Of a stretch of 48,803 nt of DNA, positions 8,939 to 17,786 are shown one piece after another. The stretch covers positions 1-48,803 of IMG/VR virus record IMGVR_UViG_3300021408_000008. One strand, 5' to 3'. Positions within the stretch are counted from its first letter, which is position 1. The number at the start of each line of letters is the position of its first letter. Source of the DNA: a virus. Lineage: Duplodnaviria; Caudoviricetes. The position numbers and the translations under genes are program-made. The notes beneath the pieces are model-generated. The model saw nothing but the letters and a program-made list of their open reading frames with translations. It ran no database searches and was not told where the DNA came from.

Positions 8939-10792
8939 CTACCTCACAACCTCGGCGGACTTCAGCTTCAACACCATGGTGCCGTTCATGTCTTCACCGT
9001 TGCCGGTGGTGGAGTGGTGCGGAATCCATTCGAAGTCCTCACACACCACCAGTCCCGTCCATCGTCCCTGCTGGAACCGGATGATGCGCTGCGAGGACAC
9101 CAGCTCGAAGAGGAACTGCAACTCCTCCGCCACATCCAGGCCGTAGTCGCGGTCACCGATGTGGATCGTTTCGTGGATCAGCAGCGGCAGGAAGATGTTG
9201 AACGAGCGGTCCGGGGCCACCTGCACGCCGATGGTGACGTTGGTGAGGATGGGGGTTCGGTCACCGATGCCGTTGAGGGTGACCCGCAACTCGTTGTAGA
9301 CGACCTTGTTCTGCGGCAGCGAGAACACCTTCAACGGTCGGGACGTGCCCGCGTGCACGGACTCCCCGACGAACTCGTAGGGACGAGTGTCGGTGCCCAC
9401 TTCCAGCACCACCGTCTCGCCTTCCTGGAGCACCGAGTGGCGAACGTCAGCGAACACGGGGGTCTTCTCGTCAGCGAGGTTGAAGGTGACCCGCCCCGAC
9501 TCCACCTCCCCCGTCTCGACGTAGTCGTCGGTCTGCCGGTAGATGCCAAGCCCGGTGCTAAACCAGCGCCTACCACCGAAGGTGATGACAGCCGTGGTCT
9601 GTCCCACCTCTTGGCTCATCAGGTCACTGGCGAACGCGGGCGCCAAGTTCGCCTCATCGACGAACGTGCGCAGGTCGATCCGTCCCAACCCGGCGGCGTC
9701 AATGAACGTGTTGTCCCAGCCGAACCAGACGAAGTGGTTCTGCGGTTCCAGGCAGCGCACCACTGGGTCGGTCTGCCCGGGGATCTGCCCCACCAGTTCA
9801 CCCATCTGGAGGGCTTGCCCGTTCTGCGTACACACTCGCACTCCGAGGTTGGTCCCGATGAGGACGAGGTTCGTGTAGGCGTAGATGCACAACGGCAGTT
9901 CACCGTCGGGCAGCGGCAGGGCCAGTGTGGGCGGGTTGAGGGTGGTGCCGTCCTCAGCGATGGAGACAGCGAACACGCCGCCCTTGTCGCCCGCGTAGCC
10001 GCAGAAGAACAGCGCCTCCTGCCCGGAGGTGGCGCCCGTCCACTGCCAGCCGTCCAAGTAGTCCAGCGAGATGGGGGTGGCCGCGCCGCCAGCGGCGGGG
10101 AGGTCGTAGATGTCGTCAGCCTTCAGCGCGAACAGCCGGTTCTTGCCGTAGAAGATCAAGTTGGGGGCGGTGACCTCGGTGGAGAAGGACGTGGTCGCCG
10201 TGGCGGAGGTGATGGTGTGCACCCCGGTGTCGTCGCTGACGTAGATGCGCCCACCGGTGCTGGTGACCCAGCAGCGCCCCGTGAGGCCCGCCACGGTGGT
10301 CATGGTGCCGGTGGTGGTGAAAAGCCGCACAGTGCCCGTCCCAGCCACAGCCAGGCGGGTCCCCACGCCACTGACGGAGCCCACAGCCATCGAAGTCCAC
10401 CCGGCGGCGCTGGTGGCCACAGAGGCGGTGTCATGCAGAAGCGACAGCTCCCACTCGTTGAAGACCTCCACCCCACGCGAATGGTAGAAGCGGGTCGCGT
10501 CAGCGTCGTTGCGGTCATACCAGCGCTGCCCCGCACCGGAATGCCAGGTGGATCCGAACCGCTTCCACAGACCCTCCACGGACAGGGTGCCTTCACCTGG
10601 CCGTTCCGAGACGTCCTGCTGGGGGCGCAGAGCGGGCACCGAGGAGTAGCGGAAGCGGTCCGACTCCAGATCCAGTTCGTACCAGTGGTCACCGAGCTGG
10701 GCGACCTTCCCACCGATCGACGAGGAAGTCCCCAGCAGCCCCGTGAAGTAGGTGTGGGGCGGGTCGGTGTACAGCGGAGTGATATCACCCAT
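8939..10792 (-). CDS. Tail protein, probable nozzle/tubular-B-like beta-rich protein
   Basis: 617-aa beta-rich protein following the adaptor candidate; position typical of short-tailed phages. Confidence 0.55.
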   Translation of the reverse strand: MGDITPLYTDPPHTYFTGLLGTSSSIGGKVAQLGDHWYELDLESDRFRYSSVPALRPQQDVSERPGEGTLSVEGLWKRFGSTWHSGAGQRWYDRNDADATRFYHSRGVEVFNEWELSLLHDTASVATSAAGWTSMAVGSVSGVGTRLAVAGTGTVRLFTTTGTMTTVAGLTGRCWVTSTGGRIYVSDDTGVHTITSATATTSFSTEVTAPNLIFYGKNRLFALKADDIYDLPAAGGAATPISLDYLDGWQWTGATSGQEALFFCGYAGDKGGVFAVSIAEDGTTLNPPTLALPLPDGELPLCIYAYTNLVLIGTNLGVRVCTQNGQALQMGELVGQIPGQTDPVVRCLEPQNHFVWFGWDNTFIDAAGLGRIDLRTFVDEANLAPAFASDLMSQEVGQTTAVITFGGRRWFSTGLGIYRQTDDYVETGEVESGRVTFNLADEKTPVFADVRHSVLQEGETVVLEVGTDTRPYEFVGESVHAGTSRPLKVFSLPQNKVVYNELRVTLNGIGDRTPILTNVTIGVQVAPDRSFNIFLPLLIHETIHIGDRDYGLDVAEELQFLFELVSSQRIIRFQQGRWTGLVVCEDFEWIPHHSTTGNGEDMNGTMVLKLKSAEVVR

Positions 10793-11664
10793 CAGTGCAC
10801 CCCAGGGTGGTAGGAGTACCCGTAGCGGCCCAGCAGACGTGCCTCCTCAGCCACCACCCGCGTCTGGCGAAGCGCCGCCATGTTGCGCATCGCGCCCGTG
10901 GGCCCACCCGGGGGGACCTCACCAGCACGACGTGTCTCGCCCTGGTGGTCAATGATGTTGCGCTGGCTCTCAGTGCCCGCCAGGAGCCGCATCGCAGCCC
11001 CCAGCGGGGGGATGTCCTCAGCCATCTGCCAGATCCCTGTCGTGGACACCAGCGCGTCAACGTCCGTGGGCAGCAGATTGAAGGCACAGCCGATGGTGGC
11101 CCGGGTCAGCGTGTCCGGACCGATCAGCACCGGGCCCGTAGCGGACTCGGTGATCTCGTAGTAGGCGGACGGCGTCCGGTGGTCCGTCGAGAGGCCGTCA
11201 CCCCACGTGTCGAGGATCTTCAGCGCCCCATCGGGCAGAGCAATGACACCGTCCTCGTCCGCATCGACGGTAACGATTCGGTAAAGGCCCTCAGCGGAGA
11301 GCTGCTTCAGCTCGTTATTGATCTCAGCGATCACCCGCAGCGCGGTGTAGCGGGGCCGGATCGTCACCAACGTCCCCACCGGGTGGTTGGGAACCGTGCC
11401 CGGCAACTCGGGGATGACAGTGAGGGTCTTCACCGCAGTGTCAGTGTCGACCACCACGTACTCGCTCCACCCGACCTCAACCCGCTGCCCCGCCTGAACA
11501 CCCGACAGCGGGTAGCGAAGGACCATCTGGTCACCACCAACGAAGTCGGCATCGACCACGTTCATCGGCTGCTTGTTGGCCCCCTGGGCGTGGTTCAGCG
11601 CCTCCCGGATCAGGTCCGAGGTGAGCGTGGTGGACGGGACGAAGTCGGGACCGAAGTTCGGCAT
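10792..11664 (-). CDS. Head-tail adaptor / tubular-A-like protein
   Basis: Immediately downstream of the capsid gene; RBS AAGGAGG. Confidence 0.5.
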   Translation of the reverse strand: MPNFGPDFVPSTTLTSDLIREALNHAQGANKQPMNVVDADFVGGDQMVLRYPLSGVQAGQRVEVGWSEYVVVDTDTAVKTLTVIPELPGTVPNHPVGTLVTIRPRYTALRVIAEINNELKQLSAEGLYRIVTVDADEDGVIALPDGALKILDTWGDGLSTDHRTPSAYYEITESATGPVLIGPDTLTRATIGCAFNLLPTDVDALVSTTGIWQMAEDIPPLGAAMRLLAGTESQRNIIDHQGETRRAGEVPPGGPTGAMRNMAALRQTRVVAEEARLLGRYGYSYHPGVH

Positions 11665-11678
11665 GGCTCCTCCTTACC

Positions 11679-11713
11679 TGTGGTGGGGTGCCGTGGGACA
11701 ACACCCCACCACA
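11679..11713 (-). terminator. Stem-loop after the major capsid gene
   Basis: TGTGGTGGGGTG...CACCCCACCACA, 12-bp stem with no U-tract. Confidence 0.65.
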
Positions 11714-11720
11714 AGACCCG

Positions 11721-12638
11721 TCAGGTGCCGACGGCCGAGTCGAGGAAGTCAGCCCAGATGACAGCCTCCGGGCGGAAGACCTTGTACCCGCCGAGCCAGT
11801 ACCAGCCCATCGGGCGGAACCGCCACAGCTTGTCGGTCACCGGACCGGGTCGCACCGTCGGGTACGCGCCGAATCCGGGGGCCGAGGACATCGCCTTCGC
11901 CAGCGCCTCCTGGCCAACGAACACCGCACGGTGCGTGTTCGCCTCAGTGCCAGCGGAGATGGTCTGGTTCACGATGAACCGGAAGCCCTCGTACTCACCG
12001 ATCTCACCACGGTAGATCTCAACGGTGTCCTGGTAGGTGTGCGGGGCACGCCAGTTGTTCAGGTCCGAGCCAGCGGTCTCACGACGAAGGTCACGAGCCA
12101 TGTACGGGGTGATGAAGGCGCGGTAGTAGCCGTCCTCGAAGGGACGCACGACCGCGTTCTCCAGGGTCGCCTTGATGTCCTGGATGTCGTTGGTGTTCAG
12201 CCGGGCGGTACCCGGACCGGCAACAACGAACTCGCTGGAAGCCTCAGCGGTGAGGGCGGTCTGCGCGATCAGGTCGATCGTGCGGCCCGCGTTGTAGCCG
12301 AGCCGGTTCGCAGCGGTCGGGTCGAACTCGATGAACGAGGTGGCCCGCAGCTTCGCGGTGCTGATGGTCGCCCGGCCGTACTCGGTCATGGTGACCGTGA
12401 GCGGGGTGTCCGTCAGGGCGGTGGCCGCGACGTCCGTGTACTCGTCCAGCGGCGTAGTAGAGATGTTGAGGTCGTTCATCTTCGTGAAGATGACCGAAGC
12501 GCCCCGATGGGACTGCTTCGTGGCTCGAACCGTAGCGACCTGGTCGAAGACCGTCAGGGGCCGCAGAGCGTAGTAGACCGCGAGGTTGTACGCCGTGGTG
12601 TCGAGACCCGATTCGACGGTACCGGTTTCACCGGCCAT
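11721..12638 (-). CDS. Major capsid protein (N4-gp56-like family)
   Basis: TVTMTEYG, LGYNAGRTID, GEIGEYEGFRF and VTDKLWRFRPMGWY; strong codon bias; lies downstream of the scaffold gene and the HNH insertion. Confidence 0.85.
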   Translation of the reverse strand: MAGETGTVESGLDTTAYNLAVYYALRPLTVFDQVATVRATKQSHRGASVIFTKMNDLNISTTPLDEYTDVAATALTDTPLTVTMTEYGRATISTAKLRATSFIEFDPTAANRLGYNAGRTIDLIAQTALTAEASSEFVVAGPGTARLNTNDIQDIKATLENAVVRPFEDGYYRAFITPYMARDLRRETAGSDLNNWRAPHTYQDTVEIYRGEIGEYEGFRFIVNQTISAGTEANTHRAVFVGQEALAKAMSSAPGFGAYPTVRPGPVTDKLWRFRPMGWYWLGGYKVFRPEAVIWADFLDSAVGT

Positions 12639-12655
12639 GGGAGTCTCACCAACTT

Positions 12656-13102
12656 TCAGGAGGTGGCGGACTTCCTCTTCCTGCGCTCAGCTTCCTGCTC
12701 ACGGTGACAGATCCTGCACCTGCGCTTCCCGTCGGAGCGGGAGAGCGTGTTCTCCTTCGTGAACGGGTGCCCCTTGGAGCACTTTTCGGCGTTCCCACCC
12801 CAAGTGGGGATGCGCTCGTTGTTCACGGCAGTGGTGACGGGTTCCAGGTGTTCCGGGTTCACGCAGTTGCGGGTGCGGCACAAGTGGTCGAGCGGCAGAT
12901 CGGTGAGTCCGTGTATGAGAGTCCACACCCAGCGGTGCGCCCGCCAGTTGTAGCCCTCCCGGTACACGACGCCGTAGCCGTCGCGATCAATGTCCCCCAC
13001 CCACAGCCAGTGGCCGTTTTCCCGGTCCCGTTGGATCAGTCGCCGAAGATCGGGATCGTCAGCGAAAGGGTTCGGAAGGCCTGCTGTGGAATTGGGGTCC
13101 AC
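12656..13102 (-). CDS. HNH homing endonuclease with C-terminal Zn-binding segment
   Basis: WLW.G...DGYG, RAHR, LDHLCRTRNCVNPEHLEPVT and CSKGH...CRIC. Confidence 0.9.
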   Translation of the reverse strand: MDPNSTAGLPNPFADDPDLRRLIQRDRENGHWLWVGDIDRDGYGVVYREGYNWRAHRWVWTLIHGLTDLPLDHLCRTRNCVNPEHLEPVTTAVNNERIPTWGGNAEKCSKGHPFTKENTLSRSDGKRRCRICHREQEAERRKRKSATS

Positions 13103-13114
13103 GACGACTCCCCG

Positions 13115-13690
13115 TCAGTATTCCTCAGCCACATACATCCCCGGCTGGCCCTTCATCCAATTGGCCAGCGTCTGGGCGTCCCCACCGTTGCGGAAGATCT
13201 TCTCCATCTCCGCCCGCTGGTTCACGCCAGAGGTGTCCTGGCTGGAGGTGGCCTGCGCCATCTGCCCGAACACCCGAGAATCTTCGTGGAGTTGAGTCTG
13301 CTGAGCGGCCGCCAGCTGCTGCGCCTGGATCTGCTCCGGGGTCAACTGCTGGCTGCCCTGCGTCTGGGTCTCAGGAGCCTGCTGTTCGGCCTGCTCGGTC
13401 GACTTCTCCTCGGTGAGGAACCCGGCCTCAGTGGCGGCCTTCCTGATGTCCTCCGCCTTGACCTCGCCGTCGTACCCGTTGACGAAATACTTCATCTTCG
13501 GGTCGTCCAGCTTGATCCCGGCTGTGGAGAACGCCAGAGAGCGCTCCGCCTTAGCGGCACGGGTCTCCGCTTCCTTCGCCTTCTTCTCAAGGTTGTTGAG
13601 CTGACGGCGGGAGACAGTGACCGTTCGGTCCGACTGCTGGCTCTGGTCGTCCAGGCCCTCAGGGTCGTCGTCGTTCAAGTACTGGTTCAT
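13115..13690 (-). CDS. Capsid scaffolding protein
   Basis: Acidic N-terminus, coiled coil, KMKYFVNGYDGE and a Q-rich linker; upstream of the capsid gene. Confidence 0.7.
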   Translation of the reverse strand: MNQYLNDDDPEGLDDQSQQSDRTVTVSRRQLNNLEKKAKEAETRAAKAERSLAFSTAGIKLDDPKMKYFVNGYDGEVKAEDIRKAATEAGFLTEEKSTEQAEQQAPETQTQGSQQLTPEQIQAQQLAAAQQTQLHEDSRVFGQMAQATSSQDTSGVNQRAEMEKIFRNGGDAQTLANWMKGQPGMYVAEEY

Positions 13691-13798
13691 TCCGCACCCC
13701 TTCAGGTGACACATCACGGCGGGGGTTCCGCGATGGACCTCTCATGGTGAACGGCGCACCTCAACCCGAGGGCCGATCTGTTCGCAGCCTACAACGAC

Positions 13799-13813
13799 AT
13801 TCAACGGTTGAAT
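13799..13813 (-). promoter_or_regulatory. 15-bp palindromic site (site 2, leftward orientation)
   Basis: ATTCAACGGTTGAAT on the + strand, extended by GAC/GTC. On the - strand it lies between TTGACA and TAGGCT upstream of scaffold and capsid. Confidence 0.9.
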
Positions 13814-13814
13814 G

Positions 13815-14624
13815 TCAACGACTGGTCGAACCGAGACCCGTGCCGCGTTCAGAGATGGCAGAGCCGCCACCACCGGAGAAGGCGGCCAGACGCTGCTTCA
13901 CCCGGCGCTCGAACTGGCGCGAAGCGTCCCCACCGAGACCCAGGGCACCCGACACGAGCGCGTCGGTGGTGATGCCCGTGGATTCCCCAGGCAGGCGGCG
14001 AGCAAGGTCAGGGGAGGCACTACCGAGGCCCTGGCGGGCCTGCTCGCGGGTGATGCCACCCTCCACGAGGCGCTCCGCCATGCCACGCGAGATCTGCCCC
14101 AAGTTGGCGATGGTGACTTCACCGGCCAACGTGATGGCAGCGAACTGCTTCTCCAGCTCCGGCAGGGTCCGGTCCGTCTCCAGCCACATGGACGTGTACT
14201 GCCCGGGGGTGACGCCGTAAAGGCGGGCAGCTTCACGCCGGTACTCCACCGGGGAAGTGACAGCAGCGGCCTGCGCCAACTGCATCCGCGACTGCGCCTC
14301 TACCAAGGAGATGTCGTTGATCAGCAGGTCCGCGGTGTAGCCACGCGACCCGTACACCTGCATGGGGAGACCGAACTGGGACACCAAGTTGCGAAGGCCC
14401 TGCTCGTAGTTGATGTAGGCGTCTTCACTGAAGGCGAGACCCCGCTGCGACAACTGGGCCATGGCGGGGAAGCGTTCCTTGTATTCGCGGGTGGCGCGCA
14501 TCTCCAGCATGATCTCTTCGATGGAGTCCCCGCCCTTCCAGCGACCCCAAGCCCAAGTGGCCAGCGACTCCAGCCCGTAACGGGCCAGCGACTGGCGCAC
14601 CAACGCGAACGCAGAATCGGCCAT
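13815..14624 (-). CDS. Probable internal virion protein
   Basis: Predicted helical by composition; lies between portal and scaffold; TGATG coupled. Confidence 0.55.
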   Translation of the reverse strand: MADSAFALVRQSLARYGLESLATWAWGRWKGGDSIEEIMLEMRATREYKERFPAMAQLSQRGLAFSEDAYINYEQGLRNLVSQFGLPMQVYGSRGYTADLLINDISLVEAQSRMQLAQAAAVTSPVEYRREAARLYGVTPGQYTSMWLETDRTLPELEKQFAAITLAGEVTIANLGQISRGMAERLVEGGITREQARQGLGSASPDLARRLPGESTGITTDALVSGALGLGGDASRQFERRVKQRLAAFSGGGGSAISERGTGLGSTSR

Positions 14625-15478
14625 CAGCCTTGCCCTCCGAACGCCCGAGCGATCCCATTGACCAGTTCAGCGCCCTGCTTCTGGGCCCCCTGGGTCTTGT
14701 CGTAGCCGTAGCGGGAGTCGGTGCGCATCCGGGCCACCCACTCGTCCTGGCTCATCGCCCGGGCTTCACGCTCACCCTTGGGCACGTACTGCACCGCAGC
14801 GGTCCACAGTCCCGCCTTCGTCAAGTCCAGTGTCGCCGGGTTGACCCCCAGCTCCTGTGCCGCGGTCTGCAAGTACGGCTCCAGGATCTCCCGCAGCGTG
14901 AACCCGGCATCGAAGTCACTGGCCACAGCGCGGTAGTGCTTCTTCGCCTGCTCCTTCAGCACGTTGTCGTAGTCCTCGACTGTGCGCACCCCCTGGAGCA
15001 CCGCCCGGGTCCAGTTGGTGAGGGTGGGGCCGGTGCCGAAGTTGATCCCGTAATCGGAAGCCATCTGCGTGAGGCGCTGCTTCGTCGTACCGATCATGCC
15101 GCCAGCGCCACCCTTCTGGTAGGCGCCACCGACGTAAAGGCGGATCTCGTCCTCACCCCAGCCGTTGCGCACCGCCTGGATGGCGTACTTGCGGGCGACA
15201 GCGGAAGCGGAGTCGGTGGTGTAACCCATTCGGGTGGCCATGGAGCGGATCATCACTTGGGCGGCAGCGATCTTGCGCTGGATCTCGCCCGGGTTCTCCG
15301 CCCGCTCCACATCGAAAGACTTCTGCGCGTCGGAGAGGTTCTTCCACCACTTGGTGGTGCGCACCTCGTCGAGGAACTTGTCCATCGTCCAGCCCGCATC
15401 GGTGGCCTTGTCCACGATGGCCTTGATGTCGGGGCGGGTGGAGAGGAAGACCTCACTGAAACCGAACTCAGCCATCAC
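14624..15478 (-). CDS. Probable internal virion protein
   Basis: Long ORF in the structural operon, coupled to its neighbours. Confidence 0.55.
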   Translation of the reverse strand: MMAEFGFSEVFLSTRPDIKAIVDKATDAGWTMDKFLDEVRTTKWWKNLSDAQKSFDVERAENPGEIQRKIAAAQVMIRSMATRMGYTTDSASAVARKYAIQAVRNGWGEDEIRLYVGGAYQKGGAGGMIGTTKQRLTQMASDYGINFGTGPTLTNWTRAVLQGVRTVEDYDNVLKEQAKKHYRAVASDFDAGFTLREILEPYLQTAAQELGVNPATLDLTKAGLWTAAVQYVPKGEREARAMSQDEWVARMRTDSRYGYDKTQGAQKQGAELVNGIARAFGGQG

Positions 15479-16611
15479 ACCATCTCCGGTTGCAGGGGCG
15501 AACCAGACAGGTCAGGGGAGGTGACCGCACTCTGGCGCGGCTCCTCGCTGGTGTCCTCGCCGACGGTCATGTTGTCCACGATCGGGTTGGTGCCAATGGG
15601 GATGTTGGGGGCGGTCATCATGTCGATCGGGTTCAGGTACATGTAGGGCTTCTGGAGCGACTGCATCGCCTGCATCGTCTTCTGCTGACCCAACAGCAGG
15701 TCAGTGGTGGACATCGGCACCGTGGACTCGAACGACTGGTTCATGGGGCCTTCGACGTACGCGGCGGGAGTGGTGGAACCGTTGAGGTACTGCATCGGGT
15801 CGACGGTGTTGCCGTAAGCGTTAGCACCGCGGCGCACCTCGAAGTGCAGGTGGGGGCCCTCAGAGTTGCCCGAGTTCCCGGACTTGCCGATCAGCATGCC
15901 GGGGGTAACGGTCTGGCCCACCCGCACCGAAGCGGAATTCAGGTGGGCGTAGAGAGTCCACAGCTTGCCACCGTGCTCGATCTCGATGCGAAGCCCGTAC
16001 GCGCCACCCCTGGTGACACTGACGACCTTCCCGCCCGCGGCCGCGTACACGGGGGTGTTCATGGACACCCCGTAGTCCATCCCGGTGTGGTGCCCAGCGG
16101 CGTAGCCAGAGTTACGTCGTCCGAACTCTTGGGTCATCCTCCCGCCACGCACGGGGCGGGTCCAGCTGCCGCCCGAGAGGCTGCCACCCTGCTTGCCCCC
16201 GAGGCTGCCGCCGCCCTTCCCGGGGCCCATTCCGATGAGGGCCCGAGCTTCGTCCTCATACGCCGCGTACCGGCCGGGGAACGCTGACACCTGCACCGCC
16301 TGCGCCGCCTGCCCCAACCCCATGCTGCCGCGGTTGCGCTTGTCGAACAGGCCGGGCTGACCAGCACGGCCGCCGAGGAAGAACATCCGAGCCGACTGGG
16401 CGGGGTCCATCCGCACCGAGCGGGGAGCCCACGCGGCACGCTGCTGGAACAGCCCGAGGGAGTCCCGGTCGCCGTAGTTGACGTTGATGAGGCGCGACTC
16501 CACCAGGGCCGCCATGAGGGCGATGACGATGTCGCGTTGAGACGCACCGAGCTGCCGCCCCACCTGCACGATGACGGCGGCGTTGCGGCGCTGCTCGGAG
16601 CTGAAGGCCAT
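15475..16611 (-). CDS. Virion-associated peptidoglycan hydrolase: lysozyme-like N-domain plus M23 peptidase
   Basis: ALVES...DRDSLGLFQQR...AQAVQVSAFP, then a Gly linker, then HTGMD, LYAHL and GPHLHFEVR. Confidence 0.9.
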   Translation of the reverse strand: MAFSSEQRRNAAVIVQVGRQLGASQRDIVIALMAALVESRLINVNYGDRDSLGLFQQRAAWAPRSVRMDPAQSARMFFLGGRAGQPGLFDKRNRGSMGLGQAAQAVQVSAFPGRYAAYEDEARALIGMGPGKGGGSLGGKQGGSLSGGSWTRPVRGGRMTQEFGRRNSGYAAGHHTGMDYGVSMNTPVYAAAGGKVVSVTRGGAYGLRIEIEHGGKLWTLYAHLNSASVRVGQTVTPGMLIGKSGNSGNSEGPHLHFEVRRGANAYGNTVDPMQYLNGSTTPAAYVEGPMNQSFESTVPMSTTDLLLGQQKTMQAMQSLQKPYMYLNPIDMMTAPNIPIGTNPIVDNMTVGEDTSEEPRQSAVTSPDLSGSPLQPEMV

Positions 16612-17786
16612 CAGACCCCCAGTTCCTGCATGAGCGCGGAGAAGTACCGGTTCGACTGGTATTCGCTGCGCTCCGGGTTGTCTTCCTCGCTTTCGGTGAG
16701 GGCCATCCCAGACGGGTCCACACCGGACGCTTCAGTGGTGGCGGTGGTGTCGGTGGTGCCAGCCATCGGGTCCACGTTCATGACGGTGGTGATGATGGTG
16801 GGGTCGGCACGGAAGGCGGCGTTGACGGCCTTCACGTAACGCGACAGCTCATCCTGGCTGGGGTTGCGCCCGTACTCCTCCAGCCACGACTGGCGAAGCG
16901 CCATCACACCCTGGTCCGGGGACATCTCCTGGTACTGGGTCTCGGTGGTGGTCTGCGTGTACGGCATCATCTCCGCACTCCCAGCACCCTCACCGCCGGT
17001 GACGTCCTCACCCAACGGGTTCAGGTTGCTCGACCCGAGTGCACCCGCCAGCTCACCAGGGGCCAGCACCCCGGAGGTGACGTCAGCTTCAACGCGCTGG
17101 CGAAGCACATCCACTGTCATGCCGCCACCGGGGACACCGTTGGCCATCGTCATGAAGTGGCGCATCGCGTCCTGCTCGAACTGGGACCAGATGCCCGCGT
17201 AGCCGGTCTTGAAGCCCATCGCTTGGAAGAAGGCCTGCCAGTTGCGGATCTGGTCCACCGTCTTGCGGGCAGCGAAGTTGGACTCGTCACCTTCCCGGTA
17301 CACCGGCTTGCCGTAGACGGGGCGTGCGCGCCCCTGGGTGGCGTGGTAGCGAAGCGAAAGGTTGTCCGAGCCGTAGGGGACCGGGACGGTGGTCTGGGAG
17401 ACGTAGTCGTCGCTGTAGCCCCCCAGGTAGCGCCTGCCCTCGTAGGCGGCGAAGTTCTGCCCCTGGTTGTACTTGCCGGGGTTGCGGTTCAGCTCATACA
17501 TGGAGACGCCCCACGGGTTCGCCGTGTACGGGTCCCCGCCCTGCATCTGCCCACCGGGGGTGCCAGCGCGACGCGGGCGGCGCTGCACCTTCCCCGCGGC
17601 CTCGTTGGAGGCACGCGACCGGATCGGGTCCCAGGCGCCGGTGAACGAGCCGATCCGGTTGAAGATCGTGGACAGCGGGTCGTCGTGGTCACCGGGATCG
17701 AACTGACCAGCACCGGGGGTGCGGGACTGCCCCGAGTTGAGCCGCCGGTCCGTCTCCGGGGTGTTCTGCATGTAGTACGCCATCAC
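16611..17786 (-). CDS. Probable internal virion protein
   Basis: 391-aa ORF coupled between the giant protein and the M23 gene. Confidence 0.55.
   Translation of the reverse strand: MMAYYMQNTPETDRRLNSGQSRTPGAGQFDPGDHDDPLSTIFNRIGSFTGAWDPIRSRASNEAAGKVQRRPRRAGTPGGQMQGGDPYTANPWGVSMYELNRNPGKYNQGQNFAAYEGRRYLGGYSDDYVSQTTVPVPYGSDNLSLRYHATQGRARPVYGKPVYREGDESNFAARKTVDQIRNWQAFFQAMGFKTGYAGIWSQFEQDAMRHFMTMANGVPGGGMTVDVLRQRVEADVTSGVLAPGELAGALGSSNLNPLGEDVTGGEGAGSAEMMPYTQTTTETQYQEMSPDQGVMALRQSWLEEYGRNPSQDELSRYVKAVNAAFRADPTIITTVMNVDPMAGTTDTTATTEASGVDPSGMALTESEEDNPERSEYQSNRYFSALMQELGV

Noticed and set aside
12656-13102. Group I intron carrying the HNH
   Set aside because: The flanking genes are intact with their own start and stop codons, and the spacers are too short for an intron core.
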